In this document: piece after piece, positions 19,922 to 20,000 of the stretch
How positions within the stretch are numbered: position 1 is the stretch's first letter
Layout: the number at the start of each line of letters is the position of its first letter
NCBI GenBank assembly: GCA_029717555.1
Contig: JAMDHS010000107.1
Location: 45,332 to 65,331 of the forward strand
Length of the DNA: 20,000 nucleotides
DNA from: Peribolospora baueri
Lineage: Eukaryota
Reading direction: 5' to 3'
Made by a program: the position numbers and the translations under genes
Notes under the pieces: generated by a model
What the model saw: the letters and a program-made list of their open reading frames with translations, nothing else
The model's database searches: none
What the model was told of the DNA's origin: nothing

Positions 19922-20000
19922 TCAGCTATTAATACTGAAGTACATGCCGACTATCTCGGCCCTAAGACGGAAGGACGGATCAGAGGACGAAATTAGACTC
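19922..20000 (-). other. Possible intron 3' end plus short terminal exon of a gene entering from the right edge
   Basis: The minus strand reads ...CTAAT-pyrimidine tract-TTAG| then G GCC GAG ATA GTC GGC ATG TAC TTC AGT ATT AAT AGC TGA (or GRDSRHVLQY* in another phase). Downstream is T/C-rich, 3'UTR-like sequence. Confidence 0.3.

Noticed and set aside
19930..19952. GTACTTCA-GTA resemblance to the 5' exon of intron-containing fungal U3 snoRNA
   Set aside because: The expected downstream box A sequence (TAGGATCATTTCT-like) is absent.

Overview
GC-rich, intron-containing eukaryotic DNA. Gene content, protein motifs and short (~70-140 nt) introns with GTGAGT/GTGAGC donors suggest a basidiomycete fungus. 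From left to right: (1) the 5' part of a Set1-type histone H3K4 methyltransferase gene (- strand, runs off the left edge); (2) a 1274-aa intronless, single-TM, largely low-complexity protein (+); (3) an 8-exon Lcb3/Ysr3-type sphingoid-base phosphate phosphatase of the PAP2 family (-); (4) a divergent 10-exon hexokinase (+); (5) a poorly interpretable - strand region (16.9-18.8 kb) with orphan or degenerate ORFs, and possibly the 3' end of another gene at the right edge. The best signals are splicing architectures. The phosphatase gene has two homologous 27-codon versions of its last TM segment, selectable by one internal donor. Hexokinase intron 1 (660 nt) has a 557-nt stretch with no AG dinucleotide that also reads as an in-frame alternative N-terminus. 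The hexokinase also has a GC-AG last intron. All gene models were built by hand from the sequence; no database searches were run.
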